A DNA stretch of 31,331 nt from Oligoflexales bacterium (GCA_041736175.1 JBGSUI010000124.1:1-31331), one strand, 5' to 3'; counted from the first letter of the stretch, positions 17,950-27,803 are shown. Numbers and translations are program-made. Notes: a model not told the origin generated them from the sequence alone.

Positions 17950-18174
17950 CTACTCTTCTAATATCTTAAAAGCCGACCCATTCCAGTCCTGAAGACCATC
18001 CCAATCCCCAGGCGGCTCGACGGGTGTACCTTCAGACACCGTAGGCTGAGGATTAGTTTTTGATTTCTTTTGGTCGCTTCCGCAAAAACACAGCAAAAGC
18101 ATCAGACCCAGATAGACAATCCCCCAAGATCGAGGAAATCTCTGACATTGCACATCATTATTCTTTAAACTCAA
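17950..18174 (-). CDS. Small hypothetical (lipo)protein
   Basis: 74 aa with a hydrophobic stretch ending LLCFCGS; fills the gap upstream of the peptidase; TTG start after AGAAGG. Confidence 0.45.
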   Translation of the reverse strand: MSLKNNDVQCQRFPRSWGIVYLGLMLLLCFCGSDQKKSKTNPQPTVSEGTPVEPPGDWDGLQDWNGSAFKILEE

Positions 18175-18223
18175 CTTACACCTTCTTCCTGCCGATTCTA
18201 GAAGAGATCTTAGCTTATTTACT

Positions 18224-18817
18224 ATGAGGGCCGATCTCTTGCTTCAAAACCAACGAACCCAAATTAAATATTTTTTGCTGCTTCTCATTATAACCCAATT
18301 AGTGAGTTGTAACGACACAAGCACATCCTTTAGTGAAAAGCTGGAAATAGCCATGAGCGCTGCCTTTTCTGCACCAGCCGACGCCCGTGGGACTACGGAT
18401 CCCAAATCTCTAACTTTTACACTCACTGGAATCACTCTTACCCTGAGCGACCAAACTGCCCTTAATCTCTACCAAGACCAAGATCCAAAGGAATTCCGCA
18501 TTGTCGCCCGGTCTCAGCTTATTCTTGAGGCTGATCTTAGCAAATATGTTAGCAAAGAAATCTCCGAAATCGCCATTTCGTTTTCGAAAAATATCAAAGG
18601 ATCTGGAAAATACTCAAGTGAACTCACAACCTCTCTCAGTGATGCTACAGCTCGCTACTCAGTACCCTTTAAAATACAAACAGCAAAAACGGTACGCCTC
18701 GAAATCCAGACCCAATGGAAAAATACCATTAGCACGGATACGACCACAGATCCCCCTACGGAAACCCTCAGCGCACCTGGCATGATCTTAGATCTAAAAA
18801 ATAGCGACTCGACTTAG
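18224..18817 (+). CDS. Hypothetical lipoprotein (beta-rich)
   Basis: 197 aa; signal YFLLLLIITQLVSC. Confidence 0.7.
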   Translation: MRADLLLQNQRTQIKYFLLLLIITQLVSCNDTSTSFSEKLEIAMSAAFSAPADARGTTDPKSLTFTLTGITLTLSDQTALNLYQDQDPKEFRIVARSQLILEADLSKYVSKEISEIAISFSKNIKGSGKYSSELTTSLSDATARYSVPFKIQTAKTVRLEIQTQWKNTISTDTTTDPPTETLSAPGMILDLKNSDST

Positions 18818-18877
18818 AATTCATTGCTTTCCTTAGCAACTCTGGATACTTTTATTCTTTCCCAAAGGAGACCTGAA

Positions 18878-20944
18878 GTGGCCCAACAAAGTTCAAATCC
18901 AAAAAACATATTCCAAAGGTTCTTTAGTAGAGTCTACAGCATTATTCGTGGTTATTTTGCGATATTAGGTCTTGTGGTTACGGTCGCTGGAGTCGGCTGG
19001 ACCTACGCTGCCTTTAAGATCCTTCACTCTATGGATTCAAAAGACTCTGATGAGTCGGATAGTTGGCAATTTGGAAAAGATAGTGTTCGCTTAAAGCTTG
19101 TTTTCAAAGGCCGGATCTCCAGCAGGTCCCCCACTTTTGGCAATCTCTTTATGTCAAGCCTCGGCCAACCCGATGGGACCATCTACCTTCCGGATTTAAG
19201 AAACACCCTGCTCAAAGCCAAGGCAGATCCAAAGATCACGGCTTTAAACATCGTGATCCAAGACCTGGTGGGCTCCTCTGCAGATCTTGTCGAGTTACGA
19301 CGGATCTTGAGCGAGTTTCGCAACCAAGGCAAACGCATTCACTGTGTCCTTAACGAACCTAGCAACTGGAATTACTATATTGCCTCCGTAAGCAACTACA
19401 TCACCATGAATCCCGCAAGCAGCCTAGAACTCTCAGGCCCGGCTTTTACCCTTGTTTATTTTGCCGAAGGCCTTAAAAAGTTAGGGATTCAAATGGAAGT
19501 GGTTAAAGCTGGCAAGTATAAGTCGGCCTTTGAATCCATGACAGCAAACGAACCGTCGGAAGCTACAAAAGAGCAATATGAGTCTATGCGGCAAAGAATC
19601 CTCGATCATTTGGTCCAACACATCGCTGAAAGCCGCCAAAAATCTCCTGAAATCGTCCAAACTTGGTTTAAAAGATCCATTTTTACAGGTGAAGAAGCGC
19701 TGCAGCAGGGGATTATCGACCGCTTAGGTTACGAAGACGAAGCAAATCCAGAGCCCTTTTCAAAGGGCCAAAAGGTCATGGCTTCAGAGGATGAAGCTAA
19801 ACAGCCCCATAAGCCTACAACCGGCACTTCTAAGTCTGACCCTGGTGCTGGAGATCCTGATAATGCTGAGTCAAAAGCAAAATGGATCACAATCAGTCGC
19901 TATGAGGCTGGCAGCACCAAAAGCTCACTCAAGCTTACAAGTCCAACCGAATCTGAAGTGGGTTTGGCTCTGATCGAGGCTCAGGGTGAGATTACCATGA
20001 GCCACGAGGAAAGCCTTTTTGGAGACGAATCTGGAATCAGCCCCGAACCGCTGATCAAGCGGCTTCGTTGGGCAGCTCAAACCCCCGAAGTCAAAGCAGT
20101 GATCTTTAAAATCAACAGCCCCGGAGGCTCTGCGGTCGCCTCAGATATTATTTGGAACGAAGTGAGACACCTTGCATCTCAAAAACCGGTGGTTGTCTAT
20201 ATGGGTGCTGTTGCCGCCTCAGGAGGATACTATATTGCGGCTCCAGCGACTTTTATCGTTGCCGAGCCCACGACCATCACAGGCTCGATTGGTGTGATCG
20301 GAATGCTGCCTAAAGTCAAAGAATCCCGAGAAAAATACGGAGTCAGCTTTCATATTATTTCAGGTAGCGACCGCAAGACCCTTATGAATCCTGGAGTTAG
20401 CATCTCTGAAGAAGATCATAAGATCCTCGACGCCACCATTGAATCAACCTACCAAATCTTTCTAAGCAAAGTCGCGGCTGGTCGAAAACTCCCGATCGAG
20501 CAGGTGGCTGATCTGGCCCAAGGTCGGGTGTATACGGGGATGGAGGCGCGGGAGATTGGACTCGTGGATGATCTAGGTGGGTACCAATCAGCGGTAAGGC
20601 AGGCAAAAATCCTAGGAGGGCTCGATCCTGAGAGACTGTATCCCTTACATCGGTACTCCAACGACGAGTTGGATCTCAAAAGCTGTTTCGCAAATCCACT
20701 GCGTTGCTTAAATTCAGGGGGTGACAGTCGCTTTTCCTCCCAGCTCGCAGAGGTGTTACCGCTATTTGGGATGGGTATTGGTAAGACGGTTTTTGAGAGT
20801 TTAGGACTTAGCCCCTCCCACCTCAGACTTCAAAATCCTGTAAACTTGAGTCTTCTAGGCCAGCAGCTCTCCCAATGGCTTGAGACGCACCCCAAAAGCC
20901 CTCGGGCTCTCGCACTTTGGCCAGACCGCATCGATATCCACTAA
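18878..20944 (+). CDS. sppA: Signal peptide peptidase SppA (protease IV, S49, two-domain type)
   Basis: N-terminal TM segment; AGKYKSA, INSPGGS, AASGGYY, TGSIGV and AQGRVYTG. GTG 18878 follows AAGGAG; the ORF track start is 18824. Confidence 0.92.
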   Translation: MAQQSSNPKNIFQRFFSRVYSIIRGYFAILGLVVTVAGVGWTYAAFKILHSMDSKDSDESDSWQFGKDSVRLKLVFKGRISSRSPTFGNLFMSSLGQPDGTIYLPDLRNTLLKAKADPKITALNIVIQDLVGSSADLVELRRILSEFRNQGKRIHCVLNEPSNWNYYIASVSNYITMNPASSLELSGPAFTLVYFAEGLKKLGIQMEVVKAGKYKSAFESMTANEPSEATKEQYESMRQRILDHLVQHIAESRQKSPEIVQTWFKRSIFTGEEALQQGIIDRLGYEDEANPEPFSKGQKVMASEDEAKQPHKPTTGTSKSDPGAGDPDNAESKAKWITISRYEAGSTKSSLKLTSPTESEVGLALIEAQGEITMSHEESLFGDESGISPEPLIKRLRWAAQTPEVKAVIFKINSPGGSAVASDIIWNEVRHLASQKPVVVYMGAVAASGGYYIAAPATFIVAEPTTITGSIGVIGMLPKVKESREKYGVSFHIISGSDRKTLMNPGVSISEEDHKILDATIESTYQIFLSKVAAGRKLPIEQVADLAQGRVYTGMEAREIGLVDDLGGYQSAVRQAKILGGLDPERLYPLHRYSNDELDLKSCFANPLRCLNSGGDSRFSSQLAEVLPLFGMGIGKTVFESLGLSPSHLRLQNPVNLSLLGQQLSQWLETHPKSPRALALWPDRIDIH

Positions 20945-20954
20945 GATGTAAAAA

Positions 20955-21677
20955 TTAAGCGGATTTAAAGATTTGCTCTAAGGTTAGGTCCGTCAACTTT
21001 TTAATACCTGCCAGCAGCCACCAAAGGGCCCCCATCGTACAGATCATGCTTGGGACGACGATCACTGGATAACTAAGTGCCGTCATCTTGCCTAATTCTT
21101 GGTTAAACTCCGGTGTCCCCGAGGGACTCTTTAAAATCACGATAGCCAAAACAAAATTTAGCACGGCACTTAGCAAAAAAGATCCGGCCAGCATAAACGT
21201 GGTCGCGAGGAGGAGTTTATCAAAACCCTGCTCGTTTGATTTCTTAACCAGGGCTTCGTGGACCAAATCGACATTGATCACCTTATCATTGTACAAAAAG
21301 GTTTTGACCAGGGGTTTTTCTGATTTTATAGATCCTAATAGGAGGATCGCTATGATGCTAGGCACTGCTGCTTCTTTCACGGCAAACCAAATCCCGCTGA
21401 GTTCCATAAGTCCAAAACTACCGGTTAAGGCTGTGCTTAAAAAACCTAGGGCGGAGATAAAGCTGGCTTTTTTATATTTGATGGCCTCATAAACGCCAAA
21501 ACCCAGGGGAAAGGCAATAGCTAATAACAGGGCATAAACCGGTCCTAAACGACTATGATCGCTGAGCTGTCCGAGGACCAGAGATGGTATCACAAAGCTG
21601 AACAGGATATTTGCAAGTGGATTGTCCTTGTCTGCAGTCGCCTTTGTCGCCAGCTTGCCTACAGCTTCATCACCCAT
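20955..21677 (-). CDS. VC0807-family membrane protein
   Basis: NPLANILF, LAIAFPLG, WFAVKEAAVP, FLLSAVLNF and FNQELGKMTALSYPVI; multiple TM helices. Confidence 0.75.
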   Translation of the reverse strand: MGDEAVGKLATKATADKDNPLANILFSFVIPSLVLGQLSDHSRLGPVYALLLAIAFPLGFGVYEAIKYKKASFISALGFLSTALTGSFGLMELSGIWFAVKEAAVPSIIAILLLGSIKSEKPLVKTFLYNDKVINVDLVHEALVKKSNEQGFDKLLLATTFMLAGSFLLSAVLNFVLAIVILKSPSGTPEFNQELGKMTALSYPVIVVPSMICTMGALWWLLAGIKKLTDLTLEQIFKSA

Positions 21678-21808
21678 AAAAAGTCTTCCTCTCTCTCGAA
21701 ATTAAAATTCACAAGTCCTTAAGGACCAGGTAACATTTTGGAGCGAACACCTTTAGAAACCTATCTTAAGGGTTATGATAACCCAAATCACCACAATGAA
21801 GGATCCTT

Positions 21809-21967
21809 ATGCCAACGAAAAAACCTGATCTTACAGTCGTCAAAAAGCGCAGTGGACGGTATACGGTCCGAAAAAGGGGTGGAGAACTGGTCCATGGCGC
21901 CGATAAAGTCGCCTTTCTTGTGGCCCAGGGGCTTATCACTCTACCAAAGCCCAAAGCTAAAGAATAA
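21809..21967 (+). CDS. Small basic protein, 52 aa (not in the ORF track)
   Basis: MPTKKPDLTVVKKRSGRYTVRKRGGELVHGADKVAFLVAQGLITLPKPKAKE*; GAAGGA 5 nt before the ATG; TATGAT -10-like box at 21774..21779; fits the intergenic gap. Confidence 0.75.
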   Translation: MPTKKPDLTVVKKRSGRYTVRKRGGELVHGADKVAFLVAQGLITLPKPKAKE

Positions 21968-21998
21968 CCGCAATGCCAACACTCTGCCTCGGTTCCAA

Positions 21999-22820
21999 CT
22001 AACTTGCCGATTCATGGGTTCCCCCACGGGGGATCCAAGACTTATGAAGCTGTGGAATATCCTCAAGTAGCTTTCGCGTCACAATATCCTTTGGATGGAG
22101 CATCACATCATCGGGAGTTCCCTGCTCGATAAGCTTCCCATGATGCATGATATAAATGGAGTCAGAAATATAGTAGGCCAGGCCAATATCGTGGGTGATA
22201 AATACGATGGTCATATTGAGTTCTTGCTTTAACTTTAACAAGTAGTCCAAAATACTAGAGCGGCTGCTAGCGTCGACCATCGATGTTGGTTCATCAGCAA
22301 TCAAAACCTTGGGTCTTAAGATAAACACCCGGGCTAAAAGCATCCGTTGCATCTGTCCACCGGAGAGTTCGAAAGGATACTTGCCTTCAATTTCGTTTGG
22401 CTTAATATTCACCGCAAGGAGAGCTTCGTCGACCCTTTGCTCCATCTCCCGATCAGAAACTTGCGTTTCTAAAAGATGGAAAGAGGATTTAAGTTGGGAC
22501 CGAATCGTATAGAACTGATTAAATGCCGAAAACGGATCCTGGAAGACGGTCTGGACCTGACGCCAGTAAGACAGGTAATCCCGGTCTTTGAGGAGTGACT
22601 TGCCTCGAAACAGCAAGTCCCCTGACGTGGGTTTTTCCAGTCTAAGGAGGAGTTTCGCCAGCACTGTTTTGCCGCACCCTGACTCTCCGACGATGGAGAC
22701 CACCTCCTGTTCATGGATTTTAAAGGATACTTCATCCACCGCTTTTAGTTTGTGGATGCCATTGCCAAAGGTCTTACTTAAAGCCTTGGCTTCAAAAATC
22801 ACTGGAGTCCCATTAGGCAT
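21999..22820 (-). CDS. ABC transporter ATP-binding subunit (OppF/DppF-like)
   Basis: GESGCGKT, FQDP, LSGGQ, IADEP and THD. ATG 22820 follows GAGGTG and overlaps the upstream stop. Confidence 0.93.
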   Translation of the reverse strand: MPNGTPVIFEAKALSKTFGNGIHKLKAVDEVSFKIHEQEVVSIVGESGCGKTVLAKLLLRLEKPTSGDLLFRGKSLLKDRDYLSYWRQVQTVFQDPFSAFNQFYTIRSQLKSSFHLLETQVSDREMEQRVDEALLAVNIKPNEIEGKYPFELSGGQMQRMLLARVFILRPKVLIADEPTSMVDASSRSSILDYLLKLKQELNMTIVFITHDIGLAYYISDSIYIMHHGKLIEQGTPDDVMLHPKDIVTRKLLEDIPQLHKSWIPRGGTHESAS

Positions 22821-23787
22821 AAGCACACCTCACCTGACGCCCAGCCACAGGCCGCAGCGGTGGAAAAATACTTTTGCAATTAGGTCTTGCCGACGGGCAT
22901 CGCTCTGCGAAGCGACAGCCTTGGATTTCGTTTTTAAGATTGGGCGGAGCACCCTCTAGATAGACAGGCTTGCGATGCCGCTGTCCGACTTCTGCCGACA
23001 ACATCGCCCCCATCAAGGCTTTTGTATAGGGGTGGCATGATTCGAAAACCACCTGTTGGGTCGTTCCTACTTCCACAAACTGTCCTGCATACATGATCGC
23101 AATATGGCTCGCCACATGGCGGAGCAGCGGCAGTTCATGGGTGATAAAAATCATGCTACCGATAATCTCTGCTTCCATAAGATCAAACAGCAATTTGATA
23201 ACAGCCTTTTGGGTAGAGACATCGAGAGCAGAAGTGGGTTCGTCGGCAATCACTACCCTCGGGTTAAGCAGCGTTGAGATCCCAATCACCACACGTTGTT
23301 TAGTTCCTGCGGGCAACTCTACGGGAAAGGCTTCTAAGACCTTATCTGCCTGGAGTCCGATCTTAAAAAACCTTTCCCTTAGCCTTTCGGCGATTTCTTT
23401 TTTATCGGCATTTTCCCCATGGCTGACCATCATATCCATAGCTAGGTCTTTGATGCGTCGGGTTGGATTGAGGGAATTAAGGGCTCCTTGGGGAATCATG
23501 CAGATTTTTCGGCCCAGGATCTTAAAGCGATTTTCTTCGATCGTCATGCCGACAAGATTTTCTCCGTCAATCGCAACTTCACCCTCACCATGAAAGAGTG
23601 GGGGAATCGTCAGACCCATGCACCCGTTCACCAAGGTGCTCTTACCACAGCCAGACTCCCCGGCGATCCCTAGAATCTGACCCTGATTAAGGTCAAAGGA
23701 GACCCCATCCACAGCCTTCACCTTTTCATTAAATCGAGTGAGATAATAGAGGCTTAAGTTGTTAACGCGGAGGATTGGCTCGGTCAT
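22813..23787 (-). CDS. ABC transporter ATP-binding subunit (OppD/DppD-like), degenerate signature motif
   Basis: GESGCGKS, IADEP, THE, HPYT and C-terminal GCRFAERC; the signature reads LPAGT instead of LSGGx. Confidence 0.93.
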   Translation of the reverse strand: MTEPILRVNNLSLYYLTRFNEKVKAVDGVSFDLNQGQILGIAGESGCGKSTLVNGCMGLTIPPLFHGEGEVAIDGENLVGMTIEENRFKILGRKICMIPQGALNSLNPTRRIKDLAMDMMVSHGENADKKEIAERLRERFFKIGLQADKVLEAFPVELPAGTKQRVVIGISTLLNPRVVIADEPTSALDVSTQKAVIKLLFDLMEAEIIGSMIFITHELPLLRHVASHIAIMYAGQFVEVGTTQQVVFESCHPYTKALMGAMLSAEVGQRHRKPVYLEGAPPNLKNEIQGCRFAERCPSARPNCKSIFPPLRPVAGRQVRCAYA

Positions 23788-23792
23788 AGTTG

Positions 23793-24629
23793 TTATTTCC
23801 TGAGGCGAGGATTAAACACGCTCTCCATCGAGGTGTTGATCACATAAAGAGCAAAGACCATCACCGTGATAAGAACCATGGCTGGAACAAAAGCCCACCA
23901 GGCACCATCGATGAGGGCTTCACTCTTTTTGGATTCATAAAGGATTTTTCCTAAGGAGACCGTGTCGTAGGGCCCAAGACCAAGCATGCTAATACTCGCT
24001 TCAGCGAGAATCCCCGACGCTGTTTGAAGTATAAAAACCATAAATACATAGGAGAGGAGGTAGGGCAGGATATGCTTCATCACAATCGTAAAGGTACCAA
24101 ATCCATTGATCCGGGCAAGGTTGACGTGATCTCGGCTCCTAAGGCTCGCCGACTGGGCGCGGACGGCTCGGGCTGTCCATGTCCAGGTCGTGCAGCCGAT
24201 GATGACTGATATCAGGGTTAAACTTCGGCCATCCTTGATACTCGCCGACAATAAGATCAACACGATTAAATTTGGAATCACCAGAAAAATATTGGTGGCT
24301 GATGTCAAGAGATCATCCACCAATCCCCCTTTATAGCCGCCGTAAACACCGATTAAGGTTCCCAGCGTGGTGGCAATGATCCCGGCTAAAAATCCCGCAT
24401 AAAGGGATGACTTGAGACCAGCAACCAAGATGGCAAACATATCTAGACCCATCTGGTCAGTGCCAAGAAAAAACTGGCTTGATGGGGGTTGAAAAGGCGG
24501 GCCGACGCGGTTGATGGTATCCAGGTTCATAAACAATGGGGGAAAGATAGCCAAGGCTAGGGTTCCGATAAAGAGGCCCATTCCCAATATAAAGGCTGGA
24601 TTCTTAAGCAGGCTGATCAGCATTCTCAC
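23793..24629 (-). CDS. ABC transporter permease (OppC/DppC-like)
   Basis: LGTDQMGLD; EAA-like loop ARINGFGTFTIVMKHILP; GTG 24629 follows AAGGAG. Confidence 0.9.
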   Translation of the reverse strand: MRMLISLLKNPAFILGMGLFIGTLALAIFPPLFMNLDTINRVGPPFQPPSSQFFLGTDQMGLDMFAILVAGLKSSLYAGFLAGIIATTLGTLIGVYGGYKGGLVDDLLTSATNIFLVIPNLIVLILLSASIKDGRSLTLISVIIGCTTWTWTARAVRAQSASLRSRDHVNLARINGFGTFTIVMKHILPYLLSYVFMVFILQTASGILAEASISMLGLGPYDTVSLGKILYESKKSEALIDGAWWAFVPAMVLITVMVFALYVINTSMESVFNPRLRK

Positions 24630-24630
24630 A

Positions 24631-25707
24631 TTAAGCTCCTTTTCCTGAAGTCTGCTGAACTTTGATCCTAGGATCAAGAAATCCAATCAGGATATCAACG
24701 CTAAAATTGGCGACCAGCACACAAACCGTAATCAACAGGGTACAACCTTGGATCACCGGATAATCGCTACTTTGGATCGCCGTAAGCATTGCCATGCCGA
24801 TCCCTGGATAGCTAAAGATCATCTCGGTAAGAAGCGCTCCCCCGACCATGGTCCCTAAAGCTAAAGCTAGTCCCGTAAGCTGGGGCAGCATCGCGTTGCG
24901 AAACATATACATCAGGATTTTTGACTCTTTAATCCCAAGTTGTTTAGCATATTTGACATAGTCTGTCCCGAGCTCATAAATGCACATAGAGCGCATCCCT
25001 ATGGCCTGACCTCCAAGGACGATGAGAAAAATCGACATAAACGGCAAAAAATAGTAGTAACTTGCACTCACTACGAAATTCCATGAGAGAGTTGGCATCA
25101 GCCCGTCATCATAGCCTCCCATGGCAGGGAACCAGCGCAGGGTGATGCCAAAAATATAGATTAGAATGATTCCAAAACAAAAGGGCGGGATGGCGCTGAT
25201 TAAAAGGGATAGCGGGTAAAACACCCGGTCAAAGACCCCGCGCTTATAGGCTGCGAGAGCCCCAAGGAGATTGCCCACAATCCACCCGATCATGACCGTC
25301 GGTACTTGGAGCGCGAGGGTCCAAGGAATCGCAGTGGCGATAATTTCAGAAACCTTTTTTGGGTGCTGAATGATCGAACTCCCTAGATCTCCCCGTGCAC
25401 TCATCAAAAGATAGTTAAAAAACTGTGACAACAAAGACGCTTTAAGAGGTTTGCCCTCTTGATCTCGGAGGATAGAACCATCGTCGGCTAGTTTGGCTAA
25501 GCCAAATTCTTTAAGATAAGTCTCCTCTTTATTCCTCGCCGCGGCAGAGTCCATGGTGCTCGAAGCCTTGCTCATCAATATATCGACCGGACTCGATGGT
25601 CCCATCCTCGGCAAAAAGAAATTTATGGTGATCGCCACCACAAACGTTAGAAAATACCAACCCAGCCGATTTAAACCGTGGTGAAGCCTAGGATATCGAT
25701 GCAACAT
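24631..25707 (-). CDS. ABC transporter permease (OppB/DppB-like)
   Basis: INFFLPRM, GDLGSS, DYVKYAKQLG, FRNAMLP and EMIFSYPGIG; likely start ATG 25707. Confidence 0.9.
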   Translation of the reverse strand: MLHRYPRLHHGLNRLGWYFLTFVVAITINFFLPRMGPSSPVDILMSKASSTMDSAAARNKEETYLKEFGLAKLADDGSILRDQEGKPLKASLLSQFFNYLLMSARGDLGSSIIQHPKKVSEIIATAIPWTLALQVPTVMIGWIVGNLLGALAAYKRGVFDRVFYPLSLLISAIPPFCFGIILIYIFGITLRWFPAMGGYDDGLMPTLSWNFVVSASYYYFLPFMSIFLIVLGGQAIGMRSMCIYELGTDYVKYAKQLGIKESKILMYMFRNAMLPQLTGLALALGTMVGGALLTEMIFSYPGIGMAMLTAIQSSDYPVIQGCTLLITVCVLVANFSVDILIGFLDPRIKVQQTSGKGA

Positions 25708-25765
25708 GGGGCCCTCACTGGTAAACATTTAGCATATATTCAGCAAACATTGAGTGATCAAAACA

Positions 25766-27661
25766 TTATTTGGCGGAGAGTTTGAGGCGCCAAAGGGTTT
25801 TGGTGCCCCCCCGATATCCTGGTATAAAAGCCGGAGCATAAGGGTTTTCTCCGTTAGGAAACTGCGTCCAAACAGCCGTGCTATATTGATAAAACTGCTC
25901 AGGTCGATAGACTAGAGGAAGGGTCGGTTGTTGTTCCATAAAGAGTTTGTTTAATTCTCGGTAAGCTGTAACACGCTGGGCTTCGTCGGTTAGTTTTGGA
26001 ATTTCCACCAAGAGTTCGTCAAACCGTTTGACATAGTTAGGATCCTTGGGATCATTAAACCGACCGTAGTTGCGCCACATCTTTTGGCCGATAGGAGCGA
26101 TCCCCTGATTGCCCAACATAAACTCAAACCGGTCCCAGGGCTGGGCAGGTGATGTCTCCGAAGCGGGGGTCCACATCAGCAGGTCGAATTCTCCCTTAGG
26201 CTGGATGGACCAAAAAAGATTGGCATCCACAAATCTCTCCCTAGCATCGATACCCACGTCCCTAAAGCTTTTGACGACGACTTTAACGATCGATTCCCAG
26301 TCGGTCCAACCTGCGGGAGATGTAATCTCAAGGGTTGGCATTTTGTTGCCATTCTTATCCCTGGTCTCGACCAGTCCGCCCTTTGCATCAAAAACCCCCT
26401 GATAACCAGCGGCTTTCAGGAGATCCTTAGCCTTTGTTGGATCGTAGACCGATGCTCCTACCTGGGCTGCATCTTCGGCAGAATAATACTTGGACTCAAC
26501 GCCCGAAGGCATAATAGCGCCAGACTTTAGATCTTGGCTGTATCCCGAGACCGCAAGCTCACGAATATCTGCATAGTTGATGGCATGGGCCATGGCACGG
26601 CGGAACTTTACGTCTCCCAGCGAAGGCTTCTTTACGTTGATAAACAACATAGGAATCGAAGAACCTTCGTAATAGGGCGGCTTTTTTAGCCAAGGAAATA
26701 CATTTTCTTTTTCTTTAAGCCAGATCCTCGGGATAAACGCCGAGGCGATATCAAGCCGGCCTTGCTGAAGAGCCACGCTGTATTGATCGTTGCTGTTGTA
26801 CATCTGGTGGACTACATACTTGGGGACTGGCTTAGTGTCCTGATAGAGGACTTTGTTTCCCCAATATCCATCGTGCCGTTCCGTTACGATTTTTTCAGCA
26901 CTGTAAGAATGGAGTTTATAGGGTCCAGAGCCCACTGGATTATTGTCCATTTTAAGGGATACCAGCTTTTGAAAGTCTCCTCCTGCGGCGTTAAAAGCTG
27001 CCCCAAAAACATGTCGTGGCAAAATAAGGTCTTGTTGAATCGAGGTGAGAATCCGCAGCGCGTTTTTGTTGGTTTGTTTGAAAACAAACATGACCTTAAG
27101 TGGATAAGGGGCTACAATACTTGCCTCTGGGGGCTCAGGAGCTTGGCCCGTAGCATCGACTACTTTCACATCATCCAAATAGTCCCAAACAGCTGAAATC
27201 GGTGCGCTTTTGTTGGTGCGCCCAATATCATAGGTGTACTTGACGTCCCATGCGGTCACGGGTCTGCCGTCGTTCCATGTGGCTGTTTCTTGAAGAGTGA
27301 CCTCAATACCATCTTCGGTCAGTTGGTAAGACTTTGCCAAAAGCGGTTCTAGTTTACCGGTGAAGGTGTCGAATTCAAAAAGGGTTTCATAGATAAGCTT
27401 ATTGGGAGTTCTACAAGGCCAGGCAGCGGCCGAATCATTGAGGGGATTAAAACTGGTTGGTTCGCCCCACTGAATTCCACCAATGTAAAGGCTCTCCTGC
27501 CTAGGTAGTTCCTTAGTCTGCGAAGAAGAAGTCGCTGAATCTGATGAGCCCTGTCCTTTTTTAATTTGGTCATTTCCCCCACAGCGACAGCCTCCGAGAG
27601 CGAGCACCAATAAAAAAACAGAAGATTGTTTAGTTAAGCATGGACTTAGATAACCCAACAT
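25766..27661 (-). CDS. ABC transporter substrate-binding lipoprotein (family 5, oligosaccharide-binding-like subgroup)
   Basis: Lipobox LGGC; LPRQESLYIGGIQWGEPTSFNPL, YETLF, WNDGRPVTAWDV, VGSGPY and GWTDW resemble Thermotoga-type cello-oligosaccharide binding proteins. Confidence 0.88.
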   Translation of the reverse strand: MLGYLSPCLTKQSSVFLLVLALGGCRCGGNDQIKKGQGSSDSATSSSQTKELPRQESLYIGGIQWGEPTSFNPLNDSAAAWPCRTPNKLIYETLFEFDTFTGKLEPLLAKSYQLTEDGIEVTLQETATWNDGRPVTAWDVKYTYDIGRTNKSAPISAVWDYLDDVKVVDATGQAPEPPEASIVAPYPLKVMFVFKQTNKNALRILTSIQQDLILPRHVFGAAFNAAGGDFQKLVSLKMDNNPVGSGPYKLHSYSAEKIVTERHDGYWGNKVLYQDTKPVPKYVVHQMYNSNDQYSVALQQGRLDIASAFIPRIWLKEKENVFPWLKKPPYYEGSSIPMLFINVKKPSLGDVKFRRAMAHAINYADIRELAVSGYSQDLKSGAIMPSGVESKYYSAEDAAQVGASVYDPTKAKDLLKAAGYQGVFDAKGGLVETRDKNGNKMPTLEITSPAGWTDWESIVKVVVKSFRDVGIDARERFVDANLFWSIQPKGEFDLLMWTPASETSPAQPWDRFEFMLGNQGIAPIGQKMWRNYGRFNDPKDPNYVKRFDELLVEIPKLTDEAQRVTAYRELNKLFMEQQPTLPLVYRPEQFYQYSTAVWTQFPNGENPYAPAFIPGYRGGTKTLWRLKLSAK

Positions 27662-27770
27662 GATGGACTCCCTACCTCAGAAACAGAAAAAAAAACGGAT
27701 CACGAAGAGCTTTAGTTTCATATCATAAGTCCAGACTCAGGGTCACCATCAAGATCACTCTAAGCTCTCC

Positions 27771-27803
27771 AAAAATGAGGCCGCCCTGATCAGCGGGACC
27801 TCA
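27771..27803 (-). terminator. Probable intrinsic terminator downstream of topB
   Basis: Minus-strand hairpin TGAGG(TC)CCGC-loop-GCGGCCTCA followed by TTTTT. Confidence 0.5.

Noticed and set aside
18171..18198. Sigma28-like promoter TCAA-N16-GCCGATTC before 18224
   Set aside because: Spacing is one base off consensus and the -35 is weak; not supportable without a genome-specific model.
21738..22070. 110-aa (+) and 62-aa (-) ORFs
   Set aside because: The 52-aa ORF in another frame has the RBS and fits without overlap.
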